Source: an uncultured Gemmatimonadales bacterium | Lineage (GTDB): Bacteria; Gemmatimonadota; Gemmatimonadetes; Gemmatimonadales; GWC2-71-9 | DNA: 64,000 nucleotides | NCBI GenBank assembly: GCA_963748035.1 | Contig: CAVVHO010000006.1 | Location: forward strand, 16,176-80,175 | Direction: 5' to 3' | Shown: one piece after another, positions 47,503 to 56,538 of the stretch | Layout of the letters: each line of letters begins with the position of its first letter | How positions within the stretch are numbered: position 1 is the first letter of the stretch | Made by a program: the position numbers and the translations under genes | The notes under the pieces: generated by a model | What the model was told of the DNA's origin: nothing | What the model saw: the letters and a program-made list of their open reading frames with translations, nothing else | Database searches by the model: none

Positions 47503-47528
47503 AAGTCCCCTTGCCACGCCCCGCGCCA

Positions 47529-47939
47529 ATGAAGCCGAATCCTGTTGCCGTTGCCAAGGCCAGCTATGCGCGCTGCCTCGGCACGCCGGATTTCCTCCTG
47601 ACCTTTTATCGCAATTTCTTTCGTGCCTGCCCGGCTGCAGAACCCTTGTTTGCCAACATCAACCTCGATCGACAGGCCAAGCTGCTGCAGCACGCCTTGG
47701 GTCTCCTGCTCGCCTTTCCGGCAACTTCGGCCCAGGAACCCACCGTCCTGACGCGACTCGCGGTGAAGCACGGGCCTGAAGGGTTGAATATCGACGGGAG
47801 CATGTACCCACCGTTCCTCGAGGCACTCGTCGAGAGTGCCGCGGAGCACGACCCGGAGTTCACTCCGGCTATTGCAGAGGCCTGGCGCGAGGCGGTCAAG
47901 CCAGGGTTAGCCTACATGCAGCGGCATGGCAGGGGGTAA
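47529..47939 (+). CDS. globin-family protein
   Basis: Internal start MKPNPVAVAKASYARCLGTPDFLLTFYRNFFRACPAAEPLF...LAVKHGPEGLNI...EAWREAV. Single-domain bacterial globin pattern. Confidence 0.65.
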   Translation: MKPNPVAVAKASYARCLGTPDFLLTFYRNFFRACPAAEPLFANINLDRQAKLLQHALGLLLAFPATSAQEPTVLTRLAVKHGPEGLNIDGSMYPPFLEALVESAAEHDPEFTPAIAEAWREAVKPGLAYMQRHGRG

Positions 47940-48067
47940 ATCAGCCGGCGATTGAGTCGCCGCCTTTCGTACCGTTCCGCGTTTTCAGGAGTCCTGTCAG
48001 CGCTGATCCTCTTCGCACCTTGGGGTCGCAATTTCACCCCAAGTCCCACCGCAGCGAGGAGGAGACG

Positions 48068-49276
48068 ATGTCCACCAAGTATCTCGCGGTTGCCACGATC
48101 GTCGTGGCGCTCGCCGCCTGCGACGATCCCACTCCGGCACCTGATCCCGTCGCCCCAACCCCCGATATCGGGGGCGTGCTCGCCGTAAGCCCGGAAACCA
48201 ACCGCCTGGAAGGTGTCGCCCGACGGCTGGCCAAGGCGCTCCACGATCCCGAGTTCCGAGCCCGGGTCTACACCCGGCTGAAGAACTCCCCCTACCCCGA
48301 GGGCAAGATTCACCTGCAGCGCACTCTGATCGGATCAGACCGGGGCGATCTCCGCGCCATGGCCCGCCTGAACGGCGAAGCCGAAGCGACAGAGGATTCC
48401 GTGGTGCGCACTGCTCAAGCTCTCGAGGTCTACCTGCCCGTGGCTGCCCACCGCGGCCAGTGGAAGGGCGAGGCAAAGGTGCTTGTGGCCACGGCGGCCC
48501 GGGATGGCGATCTACCGGTGGCCTACGACCTCGATGGGGGCCGCCACTTTCTTGACCCGACTCGTCCACCACTGACGCCGGTCATCGCCGTCGTCCCGGT
48601 CGAGACCAACTTCGACCGGGTGCCGACGCGCGCCACCGCGACATGCCGGCCGGACGAGGACTGCGGCGGAAGCGGGGGCGGATCCATCGTGGCGCCTCCC
48701 GGCCTCTACATGACCAAAGCGCACTTCAACCAGGATTTTGAGGGTTGGTTGAAGGGGAGTCCCGAATTTGAGGTGCACATCATGGGGCAGCGGGGCAGCA
48801 GCGACTCCCTGATGAAGTACGAGTGCGCCGGGGAGCATGCCCCAAGCGCGTACAACTGGGATGGCGGCACCAACTGGAGCGGGAGCGTGCTGCTCTTCAG
48901 TCAGACGGAAATCAACGCGTATCACGTCGGCCACCCAGGGGAGACCTTCCGCATCGTGGCCATGGAGGATGACGACACCAGCTGCCAGATGAAGGTGAAC
49001 CCGGATCGATGGAAGACGTTCATCGCCAGCATCGGTCCGCTATACCAGGATGTGACCGGAGCGATCGACACCGGAACAGTCAGGAAGTACCTCGCCGCCG
49101 GCAGGAGTCTACGCAACTTCCTGTCCGCACTCGCGAGCTTCATCACGACCAACGATGACCTCATCGGCAACGCGATCGAAGACAAGGTCGTCGGAGAATT
49201 TCACACGGGCTACAACTGGATACTTCGGGCCGACAACAATGTGACGAATGGGTATTTGAAGCTCGAAATGCGGTAA
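48068..49276 (+). CDS. hypothetical lipoprotein
   Basis: MSTKYLAVATIVVALAAC lipobox. 402 aa, no family recognised. Confidence 0.6.
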   Translation: MSTKYLAVATIVVALAACDDPTPAPDPVAPTPDIGGVLAVSPETNRLEGVARRLAKALHDPEFRARVYTRLKNSPYPEGKIHLQRTLIGSDRGDLRAMARLNGEAEATEDSVVRTAQALEVYLPVAAHRGQWKGEAKVLVATAARDGDLPVAYDLDGGRHFLDPTRPPLTPVIAVVPVETNFDRVPTRATATCRPDEDCGGSGGGSIVAPPGLYMTKAHFNQDFEGWLKGSPEFEVHIMGQRGSSDSLMKYECAGEHAPSAYNWDGGTNWSGSVLLFSQTEINAYHVGHPGETFRIVAMEDDDTSCQMKVNPDRWKTFIASIGPLYQDVTGAIDTGTVRKYLAAGRSLRNFLSALASFITTNDDLIGNAIEDKVVGEFHTGYNWILRADNNVTNGYLKLEMR

Positions 49277-49282
49277 CCGGGA

Positions 49283-49302
49283 CCGGCGGGCAATCCCGCC
49301 GG
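49283..49302 (+). terminator. stem-loop
   Basis: CCGGCGGG caat CCCGCCGG. Confidence 0.45.
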
Positions 49303-49339
49303 CGGCCCACTCATTCAGCCCCACTGACGAGGACTAGCG

Positions 49340-49954
49340 ATGCGCACGACGGCTCTATGCATCATGCTGCTGGCGCAGAGTATCCCGGCTCGTGTGGCGG
49401 CGCAGGAGCCCGAACGCCGCTGGGCGCTTCGGCTGGACGTCAGTCGCGACGCCTTCTCGGGAGGCTCGATCGACACGACCGCGATCCCCGGCACCCAAGT
49501 GGAGGTGACCCCGGCACCGCGGCTGGCGTTCGACGCCGGGGTAAGCCGCGGACTGGGAGCGTGGCGGATCAGTCTTACCGGGGGCTACGCAGCGGGTGGG
49601 CTCAGGGCCAGGTCCCCTGCCCTCATCGTCGACGACCGAACCGGTGGCGTCACTCGCTATCGCGCCGCGCTGCTGGTGAGCAGGCGGTTGATCCGGCGAG
49701 GCGCCGGGAGCCTGCTCCTCCTGGCCGGACCGGCGGTGGACCATTGGTCCATCTCTGGCATCGGGGACCGGACCACGTTAAGCGGCCGGATGGGGCTCTC
49801 GACCTGTGTCTCACTGGGCGGGGTTGCGGTAGAGAACACCGTCACATTCGGTGTGGGCGGGAGCCCCTTCAGGAAGCGAGACCTGCCCGTGGAGGCCGAC
49901 ACCCGGAGTCTTCGCACCTGGAGCCTCGGGACGGGAATTCGGCTGGCCCTGTAG
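49340..49954 (+). CDS. putative outer-membrane beta-barrel protein
   Basis: Signal peptide ...SIPARVAAQEP. Alternating beta-strand pattern. C-terminal ...WSLGTGIRLAL. Confidence 0.5.
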   Translation: MRTTALCIMLLAQSIPARVAAQEPERRWALRLDVSRDAFSGGSIDTTAIPGTQVEVTPAPRLAFDAGVSRGLGAWRISLTGGYAAGGLRARSPALIVDDRTGGVTRYRAALLVSRRLIRRGAGSLLLLAGPAVDHWSISGIGDRTTLSGRMGLSTCVSLGGVAVENTVTFGVGGSPFRKRDLPVEADTRSLRTWSLGTGIRLAL

Positions 49955-50040
49955 AAACCGGTTTGGCGACTGAGTGACCGGCTTCCGGGCGGACTGCGAC
50001 ACCTGGGCCCGACCAGCATTTCGACCGACAGCGCTCGCGG

Positions 50041-50406
50041 CCGTCAGGATTACGAAGTGCAGTGCAGCGAACCACGTCTACCGCGCAGCAACTTGGGTCA
50101 TGCTTAACGGAACAACTGTGATCCCGATCCCCGCGCGCTTCCGTATTCTTACTTAGTATCGTGTGTAATTCGATGGGGTGCTGCCACCCTTCTTCGGCAG
50201 CAAATCGCCAAACACAAACCGGTGCCTCCCACGATCGCCGCCCCACAGGCGGGTCCGTATCGATGGTGCAACCGGCTGGTCCTCGATCGGCGCGCCCTGC
50301 GCGGGGGAGGATCGTGTTCCGGAACCCAGCTCCGGACCGCCTGCCATGGGCTTGAGCTGTCACTCCGATGGCGACGGCCGTGCCCAGCACAGTCCCGGGA
50401 GGCCTT
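50041..50406 (+). promoter_or_regulatory. conserved long leader of DUF1111 copy A
   Basis: About 366 nt, near-identical to 51682-52048. AT-rich patch cgtattcttacttagtatcgtgtgtaattcg, then a GC-rich structured core. Confidence 0.6.
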
Positions 50407-51627
50407 ATGGCCAGACTGAAGCTCCCTCTGCTCGCCCTTACCGCCTGGCTTACCCTCGCTTGTGCCGCAGCGGAACCGAAACCTATCGATGGCTCCTCGA
50501 TCGATGGGGTCGGTGACTCCACTTCGGAAGCCGAAGCCGTCGCCGTCTCCAGCCCCGGTGAGCCTCTGCCGGGCCTGAGTACGAGTCAACAACAGGCCTT
50601 CGGAGCTGGCCTGGCCGTCTTCGCAACTGAGTTCACGCCAGAAACCGGGCTCGGGCCTCTCTTCAACGCCCCGTCCTGCGGCGAGTGCCACGAGGAGCCG
50701 ACCGCAGGTGGTTTTGGGGATGAAGTGGAGGTCCATCAGAGCGCCTTCCAGGCCGGTCCCAGCTGCACAACGCTCGACGCCGTGGGCGGTCCCGTAGTAC
50801 AGCAGCACACGACACCTGAACTGCTGGCGGCGATGGGGATCGACAAGGAACCGGACATCCCCGGCGCAACCGCCAGCGGTCTCCGCAAGTCTCCCCTGAT
50901 ATTCGGGATGGGGTTGATCGACGCGGTCCCGGACCAGCTCATCAGGCTCCTGGCTCGAATCCGCTATCGCGACGGAGTACACGGCCGAGCAGCCGTCCTC
51001 CCGAACGGCCGAGTAGGGCGCTTCAGTCGGAAGGCGACTACCGCCTCACTTGAGGAATTCAACGCCGGGGCGTACTTCAACGAGATGGGGGTCACCAACC
51101 GCTTCAATCCGATAGAGGGCACGGTTGGCGGCACGCCCTTTGGTGCGGGTGTGGACCTAGCCCCGGAACCGGAGATCGACGCCACCTCGCTCGCCGCATC
51201 GAACACGTTCGTGAAGCTCCTGGGACCGGTGGCGCCGTCCCCGCTCTCAGCGGAGACCCGCTTCGGCCGCTTCCTCTTCTATAAGATCGGCTGCGCCGAA
51301 TGCCACATCCCCCTGCTCCGGACCGGCAACAGCCCGGTTGCAGCGCTCAGGTTTCGCTGGTTCCGGGCATACACCGATCTCCTGCTGCATGACCTAGGAC
51401 AGGAGAATGCCGACATGTGCAATGGGGTAGCTACCCCAAGCGAGTTCCGGACCCAGCCGCTCATCGGGATGCAGTTCGTAGATGCCTTCATGCACGACGG
51501 GGCGTCAGTGACCATTCAGCAGGCGATCCAGCGGCACGGCGGCGAAGGCTCTGCCGCCCGCGCCAAGTTCCTCGGGCTTGCTCCGGAGCAGCAAGCGGCC
51601 CTAGCGGCATTCGTACAGGGGCTGTAG
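50407..51627 (+). CDS. di-haem DUF1111-family protein (putative peroxidase/oxidoreductase), lipoprotein, copy A
   Basis: Lipobox LTLAC. Two CxxCH motifs (CGECH, CAECH). ...FRTQPLIGMQF...MHDG. Confidence 0.85.
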   Translation: MARLKLPLLALTAWLTLACAAAEPKPIDGSSIDGVGDSTSEAEAVAVSSPGEPLPGLSTSQQQAFGAGLAVFATEFTPETGLGPLFNAPSCGECHEEPTAGGFGDEVEVHQSAFQAGPSCTTLDAVGGPVVQQHTTPELLAAMGIDKEPDIPGATASGLRKSPLIFGMGLIDAVPDQLIRLLARIRYRDGVHGRAAVLPNGRVGRFSRKATTASLEEFNAGAYFNEMGVTNRFNPIEGTVGGTPFGAGVDLAPEPEIDATSLAASNTFVKLLGPVAPSPLSAETRFGRFLFYKIGCAECHIPLLRTGNSPVAALRFRWFRAYTDLLLHDLGQENADMCNGVATPSEFRTQPLIGMQFVDAFMHDGASVTIQQAIQRHGGEGSAARAKFLGLAPEQQAALAAFVQGL

Positions 51628-51648
51628 CGACAAGTCTTACTTTGAGGC

Positions 51649-51672
51649 GCGGCGGCGGCCGCCCGCCGCCGC
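51649..51672 (+). terminator. 10-bp GC stem-loop after copy A
   Basis: GCGGCGGCGG ccgc CCGCCGCCGC followed by gtccttctcc. Confidence 0.6.
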
Positions 51673-51681
51673 GTCCTTCTC

Positions 51682-52048
51682 CCGTCAGGATCACGAGGCG
51701 CAGTCCAGCGAACCACGTTCATCGCGCAGCAACTTGGGTCATGACTAACGGAACAACTGTGATCCTCATCCCCGCGCGCTTCCGTATTTTTACTTAGTAT
51801 CGTCTCTAATTCGATGGGGCGCTGCCACCCTTCTTCGGCAGCAATTCGCCAACACAAACCGGTGCCTCCCGCGATCGCCGCCCCACAGGCGGGTCTGTAT
51901 CGATGGTGCAACCGGCTGGTCCTCGATCGGCGCGCCCTGCGCGGGGAGGACTGTGTTCCGGAATCCAGCTCCGGGCCGCTTGCCACGGGCATGAGCTGTA
52001 ACACCGGTGGCGACCGCCGTACCTAGCGCCGTCTCAGGAGGCCCGCCC
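51682..52048 (+). promoter_or_regulatory. conserved long leader of DUF1111 copy B
   Basis: See copy A. Confidence 0.6.
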
Positions 52049-53269
52049 ATGGCTCGACTGAAGCTTCCTCTCCTCACGTTCACAGCATGGTTCACCCTGG
52101 CCTGCGCTGCGGCGGAACCGAAACCCATCGATGGCTCCTCGATCGATGGGGTCGGCGACTCCACCTCGGAAGCCGAAGCCGTCGCAGTCTCCAATCCCGG
52201 TGAGCCGGTGCCGGGCCTGAGGCCCAATGAACAAGCGGCCTTCGGGCAAGGCTTGGCGAGCTTCGGGACGGTGTTCACACCGGCGACGGGGCTCGGTCCG
52301 CTGTTCAATTCTACCGGCTGCGCCGCCTGCCACGACGACCCGACCCTGGGCGGTTATGGTGACTCGGTTGAAGTCCACACCTCCGCCACACACGTTGGCG
52401 CGAGTTGTGACGTGCTCGGCCCGGCCGGTGGCCCGGTGGTCCAGCAGCATGCGACCCCCGAGTTGCTTGCCGCTTTGGGGATCGACAAGGAACCGATGCC
52501 GGCCGGCGCAACCGGAGTCGGGCTCCGAACGACCCCGGTCATCTTTGGGTTGGGGCTGATCGATGCGGTCCCGGATCAACTCATCAAGGCCTTGGCCCGG
52601 ATCCGCTATCGCGACGGGGTACACGGCCGGGCGGCGGTCCTGCCGAGCGGTCGGGTGGGACGCTTCAGCCGAAAGGCAACCACCGCCTCTCTCGATGAAT
52701 TCAACGCCGGAGCCTACTTCAACGAGATCGGGATCACCAACCCCCTCAACCCGGTGGAGGGCACGGTCGCTGGCACTCCGTTTGGGGCCGGCATAGACCT
52801 GGCGCCTGAACCGGAAGTCGACGCGGCGACCCTCGCCTCAACCAACGCATTCGTCAAGTTCCTGGCACCGGTGGCGCCTTCTCCGCTCACCCAAGAGACT
52901 CGTTTCGGCCGCTTCCTCTTCTATAAGGTCGGCTGCGCCGAGTGCCACACCCCCCTGCTTCGGACCGGTAACAGCCCGATTTCGGCACTGCGGTTCCGCT
53001 GGTTCCGGATCTACTCTGATCTCTTGCTCCATGACTTGGGCCAGCAGGAGGCCGATATCTGCAATGGAGTGGCGGGGCCAAGCGAATTCCGGACTCAACC
53101 CCTCATTGGCATGCAGTTCCTCGACATGTTCATGCACGACGGGGCATCGGAGACCATTCAGCAGGCGATCCAACGTCATGGTGGTGAAGGCTCCGCCTCC
53201 CGCGCCAAGTTCCTCGGGCTAGTCCCGGAACAGCAAGCGGCGCTGGCGGCGTTCGTACAAGGGCTGTAG
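52049..53269 (+). CDS. di-haem DUF1111-family protein, lipoprotein, copy B
   Basis: Lipobox FTLAC. CAACH and CAECH motifs. Paralogue of copy A. Confidence 0.85.
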   Translation: MARLKLPLLTFTAWFTLACAAAEPKPIDGSSIDGVGDSTSEAEAVAVSNPGEPVPGLRPNEQAAFGQGLASFGTVFTPATGLGPLFNSTGCAACHDDPTLGGYGDSVEVHTSATHVGASCDVLGPAGGPVVQQHATPELLAALGIDKEPMPAGATGVGLRTTPVIFGLGLIDAVPDQLIKALARIRYRDGVHGRAAVLPSGRVGRFSRKATTASLDEFNAGAYFNEIGITNPLNPVEGTVAGTPFGAGIDLAPEPEVDAATLASTNAFVKFLAPVAPSPLTQETRFGRFLFYKVGCAECHTPLLRTGNSPISALRFRWFRIYSDLLLHDLGQQEADICNGVAGPSEFRTQPLIGMQFLDMFMHDGASETIQQAIQRHGGEGSASRAKFLGLVPEQQAALAAFVQGL

Positions 53270-53293
53270 CTGAAGCAGAGTTCAAGAAATGCG

Positions 53294-53329
53294 AGTGCCC
53301 CGCACCGGGAAGTCACGGCGCGGGGCACT
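53294..53329. terminator. bidirectional terminator between convergent genes
   Basis: AGTGCCCCGC (16-nt loop) GCGGGGCACT followed by ttgct. Confidence 0.65.
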
Positions 53330-53345
53330 TTGCTACCGGGGTCAC

Positions 53346-53873
53346 TCAAGCGAGCACTGCAGTCCCGCAGCTCTCGCAGAATCGACTTCCGGGCACTAGC
53401 GGGGCGCCGCAGCTTCCGCAGCCACCGGCGGTGAGGGAACGTCCACAGGAAGAACAGAACAGTGCATCGCTCTCCGGGCGAGGTCCGCAGCCGGGGCAGC
53501 GCACAGCCGTCTGCTGCAGTCGCCGCACGCGGTCGGCGATCAGCGCTTCCACCGGGTCACCGGGGACGCTACTCGCCGGTGGACCGGCCTCCGCGTCGCG
53601 CCCGGGGGCCTGGTCGACCCGGAGGATCGCCAAGGCCTCCGCCGTGTATTTGGCCTTGAGCTGGGCGTAATCCTCGTCGGAGAGCTTCCCGGTTTCTCGA
53701 TCGAACTCGATCTCGCGGAGCGCCGCGAGAGCGATCCCCTTGGGCGTTTCTTCCGGGTCGTCGGGCTCGTCGCTGCCGGCGGGAGGAGTGACACCCGGCC
53801 GGGTGAGCGGACCGGCGATCAGGGCCACCACGGCGAGCGCCACGAGCGCTGCCGCTATCGCTTCGTAGAACAT
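53346..53873 (-). CDS. membrane-anchored protein with C-terminal double zinc ribbon (ccm-associated)
   Basis: N-terminal TM helix. ..REIEFDRETGKLSDEDYAQLKAKY.. C-terminal CPGCG...CSSCG...CGSCG...CESCG. The start overlaps the upstream stop by 1 nt. Confidence 0.6.
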   Translation of the reverse strand: MFYEAIAAALVALAVVALIAGPLTRPGVTPPAGSDEPDDPEETPKGIALAALREIEFDRETGKLSDEDYAQLKAKYTAEALAILRVDQAPGRDAEAGPPASSVPGDPVEALIADRVRRLQQTAVRCPGCGPRPESDALFCSSCGRSLTAGGCGSCGAPLVPGSRFCESCGTAVLA

Positions 53874-54490
53874 CAGGGATCCAGATCCCGGAGCTCGCGC
53901 TCCAATCGTGCCAACTCGTCGGCTGATGCAGGTGGAGCGCCGGCGACCGCGCGCACCGGGCCCGGACCTCCCGGCGCCGGGGAGGCGTCATGGGCACCGG
54001 CGTGGGCAACTTCCAGCATCCTCGTCCGGCGGCGCAGCACCGCGAACATCACGCCACCCACCAGCAGCACCGCCACACTGGGGACAACGTAGCCCGCGAT
54101 ATTAAACCCTTCCGGCTTCGGCGCCATGAGGATTTTTTCGCCGTACTTCCCGACGAAGGCGGCCACGATCTCGTCGGCGGTCTTCCCGGCGTCCTCCAAG
54201 GCAAGCACTTCCTTGTGGAGGCTCGGCGAATAGGTGCAGGTGAAATCGGTTGTGCGGCAAGTGTAGATGTCGAGCGTACAGCCGCAGGTGCAGTGCAGTC
54301 GTTTTTCTATCCCGGTGACGAAAGGGTCGTTGTCACGGTGGCCGGCACGCTCCGCCGAACGACCGGCCGACGCTGGGTCCCGCAACGTGCCACTTTCCCC
54401 CTTGCTCGGCTGCGGCGCTTGTTGGGCGCTGAGCCGCTGAGCCGCCAATCCGCCGAGTCCAGCCAGAAATCCTCGCCGGCTCAGCCTCAC
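53873..54490 (-). CDS. CcmH/NrfF-like cytochrome c biogenesis protein (variant Cys motif, RR signal)
   Basis: GTG 54490 forms GTGA with the ccmF stop. N-terminus VRLSRRGFLAGLGG. HCTCGCTLDIYTCRTTDFTC, then ...EIVAAFVGKYGEKILMAP and a TM helix, as in the CcmH family. Confidence 0.65.
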   Translation of the reverse strand: MRLSRRGFLAGLGGLAAQRLSAQQAPQPSKGESGTLRDPASAGRSAERAGHRDNDPFVTGIEKRLHCTCGCTLDIYTCRTTDFTCTYSPSLHKEVLALEDAGKTADEIVAAFVGKYGEKILMAPKPEGFNIAGYVVPSVAVLLVGGVMFAVLRRRTRMLEVAHAGAHDASPAPGGPGPVRAVAGAPPASADELARLERELRDLDP

Positions 54491-56538
54491 TGCTCGCTCC
54501 CGGCACCCGCCAGCTGCACTTCGTAGCCGGCCTGTTTTGGCCTCGGCGTGCCGGAAATGACGCCGCCGGGCCACATCGTGATGAGCCCTCCGACGATCAG
54601 CACAACCCCGCCGATCCACACCCAGACCACAAGCGGATTGAGGGTGAAACGGTAAACCGCCTCCTCGGTGCCTTCCACCGAGCCCGCGAACACGATGTAC
54701 AGGTCCTCCTCGAGATTGCTCCGGATCCCGACTTCGGTGGAGGGCTCGAACGACTTCTGCCGCAGCCCGGGGGCCGGCTCGGAGAAGTGTTGGCGCTTTT
54801 CGGAGTTCACCACGCCCATCGGCTTGCCATCCTTACTTACCTGCACCGAGGCCTGGGTCACGACCCGGTTGAGTTGCTCGAACTGCGACACCCCAAGATG
54901 GGTGAAGGTGTACACGTGTCCGTAAGGGCTCCGCAGCGTCGCGCTGTCGCCGGGCTTCAGGGTGGCTTCCATCTCTGCCTTGAACGCGTAGCCCGCGAAG
55001 GCCGAGAAGTAGATCACCATCCCGGCATGAACGATGTAACCTCCGTACCTTCGGCGGTTCCGAGCGACCAGCCGACCGAACGCCATCGGGAGCGACTCGC
55101 CGTGCATGCGGCGCCGGGCGCTCGTCCCGCGCCAGAATTCCTGAGTCAGCGTACCGACCACGAAGCCGGCCAGGCTCAGGGCCACGAGGGGATAGGGACT
55201 GCGCATTCCGAAGATCACGAGGACCAGCAGGGTCGCGATCCCGCTCGCAACCGGCCAGGTGAACTGGCGCTTCAGATTGGCGGTCGAGGCCTTACGCCAG
55301 GCGATCAATGGCCCGATGCCGGTGAGCGCCAGGAGCAGGAGACCCAGCGGCACATTGACCTTGTTGAAGAACGGGGGACCCACCGAGATCTTTGTACCAC
55401 GAACCGCCTCGGAGAGGATGGGGAACAGCGTTCCCCACAACACCGAGAACGCGATACCCACGAACAACAGATTGTTGAAGAGGAAGGCTGCTTCCCGACT
55501 CGCCATGCTTTCGAGCTGAGCGTCCGGCTCCAACCGATCCCAACGAGTGTACAGCAGCGTAAACGACAGGATCGCGACGGCCAGCAGGAACCCAAGGAAG
55601 AAGTACCCCACGTTCGACTGGGTGAAGCTGTGAACGCTCGCGATCACGCCGCTCCGGGTAATGAACGTGCCAAAAATGCTGAGCAGGAAGGAGCCGATGA
55701 TCAACGCCATATTCCAGCGCTTCAGCATCCCGCGCTTTTCCTGAATCATCACCGAATGGAGGAAGGCCGACATCGTGAGCCAAGGGAGCAGACTCGCGTT
55801 TTCCACCGGGTCCCAGGCCCAATAACCTCCCCACCCCAGCTCCACATAGGCCCACCACATCCCCAGCGTGATGCCGATCGACAGGAAGAGCCAGCTCAGA
55901 ATGGTCCATTTGCGGATGGCCTGCAGCCAGCCGGTGTCCAGCCTGCGGGAGAGCAGAGCTGCGACCGCGAACGCGAACGGGATGGTGATGCTGATGTAGC
56001 CCAGGTAGAGCATCGGGGGATGGATCACCATACCGATATTCTGCAGCTGCGGGTTCAACCCCTGTCCATCCGGCGGGGTGAACGGCAACCGTTCGAACGG
56101 GTTGCCTCGTCCCGAGAACAGCATTACCGAGACAAAGAACGCGATGACCGAGCTTGTCACCGCGGCGACGTAAGGCATGAGGGCGCGGTACCGCCCGGGA
56201 GTGAGCCACTGCGCCACGGCGCCAAACATGCTGAGCACGGTCGCCCAGAAGAGCAGCGAACCCTTCTGCCCCGCCCAGAGCGCGGATACGATGAAGTAAC
56301 CAGGCAGGTTTCGCGACGTGTAGGAGGAGACGTATTCGATATTGAAGTCGTGGCTGATGAGACCCTGCCACAGCGAGAGCGTCGCCACGATGAGCACGCC
56401 GAAGAGGGCATACGCGGCACGCGTCACCGATCGGGATAACTCGGGCCGCCCCTGCCACCGACCCGAAAAACCGATCACCGCTGCCCAGAGACCGAGGCAG
56501 AGCGCCGTCCAGAGTGAGAATTGGCCGAGCAGTGTCAT
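54487..56538 (-). CDS. ccmF: cytochrome c-type biogenesis haem lyase CcmF
   Basis: 683 aa polytopic protein. Trp-rich haem-handling motif WAYVELGWGGYWAWDPVEN. Confidence 0.92.
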   Translation of the reverse strand: MTLLGQFSLWTALCLGLWAAVIGFSGRWQGRPELSRSVTRAAYALFGVLIVATLSLWQGLISHDFNIEYVSSYTSRNLPGYFIVSALWAGQKGSLLFWATVLSMFGAVAQWLTPGRYRALMPYVAAVTSSVIAFFVSVMLFSGRGNPFERLPFTPPDGQGLNPQLQNIGMVIHPPMLYLGYISITIPFAFAVAALLSRRLDTGWLQAIRKWTILSWLFLSIGITLGMWWAYVELGWGGYWAWDPVENASLLPWLTMSAFLHSVMIQEKRGMLKRWNMALIIGSFLLSIFGTFITRSGVIASVHSFTQSNVGYFFLGFLLAVAILSFTLLYTRWDRLEPDAQLESMASREAAFLFNNLLFVGIAFSVLWGTLFPILSEAVRGTKISVGPPFFNKVNVPLGLLLLALTGIGPLIAWRKASTANLKRQFTWPVASGIATLLVLVIFGMRSPYPLVALSLAGFVVGTLTQEFWRGTSARRRMHGESLPMAFGRLVARNRRRYGGYIVHAGMVIYFSAFAGYAFKAEMEATLKPGDSATLRSPYGHVYTFTHLGVSQFEQLNRVVTQASVQVSKDGKPMGVVNSEKRQHFSEPAPGLRQKSFEPSTEVGIRSNLEEDLYIVFAGSVEGTEEAVYRFTLNPLVVWVWIGGVVLIVGGLITMWPGGVISGTPRPKQAGYEVQLAGAGSEQ

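Noticed and set aside
54787-56439. 550-aa plus-strand ORF opposite ccmF. Similar cases are 59340-60479 opposite hupL, 60079-60765, 57366-58112, 62111-63172 opposite the multihaem cytochrome, 31472-32683 and 34728-35846.
   Set aside because: They are antisense or out of frame relative to genes with clear motifs. Their composition is low-complexity Arg/Gly/Pro/His. I treat them as shadow ORFs.
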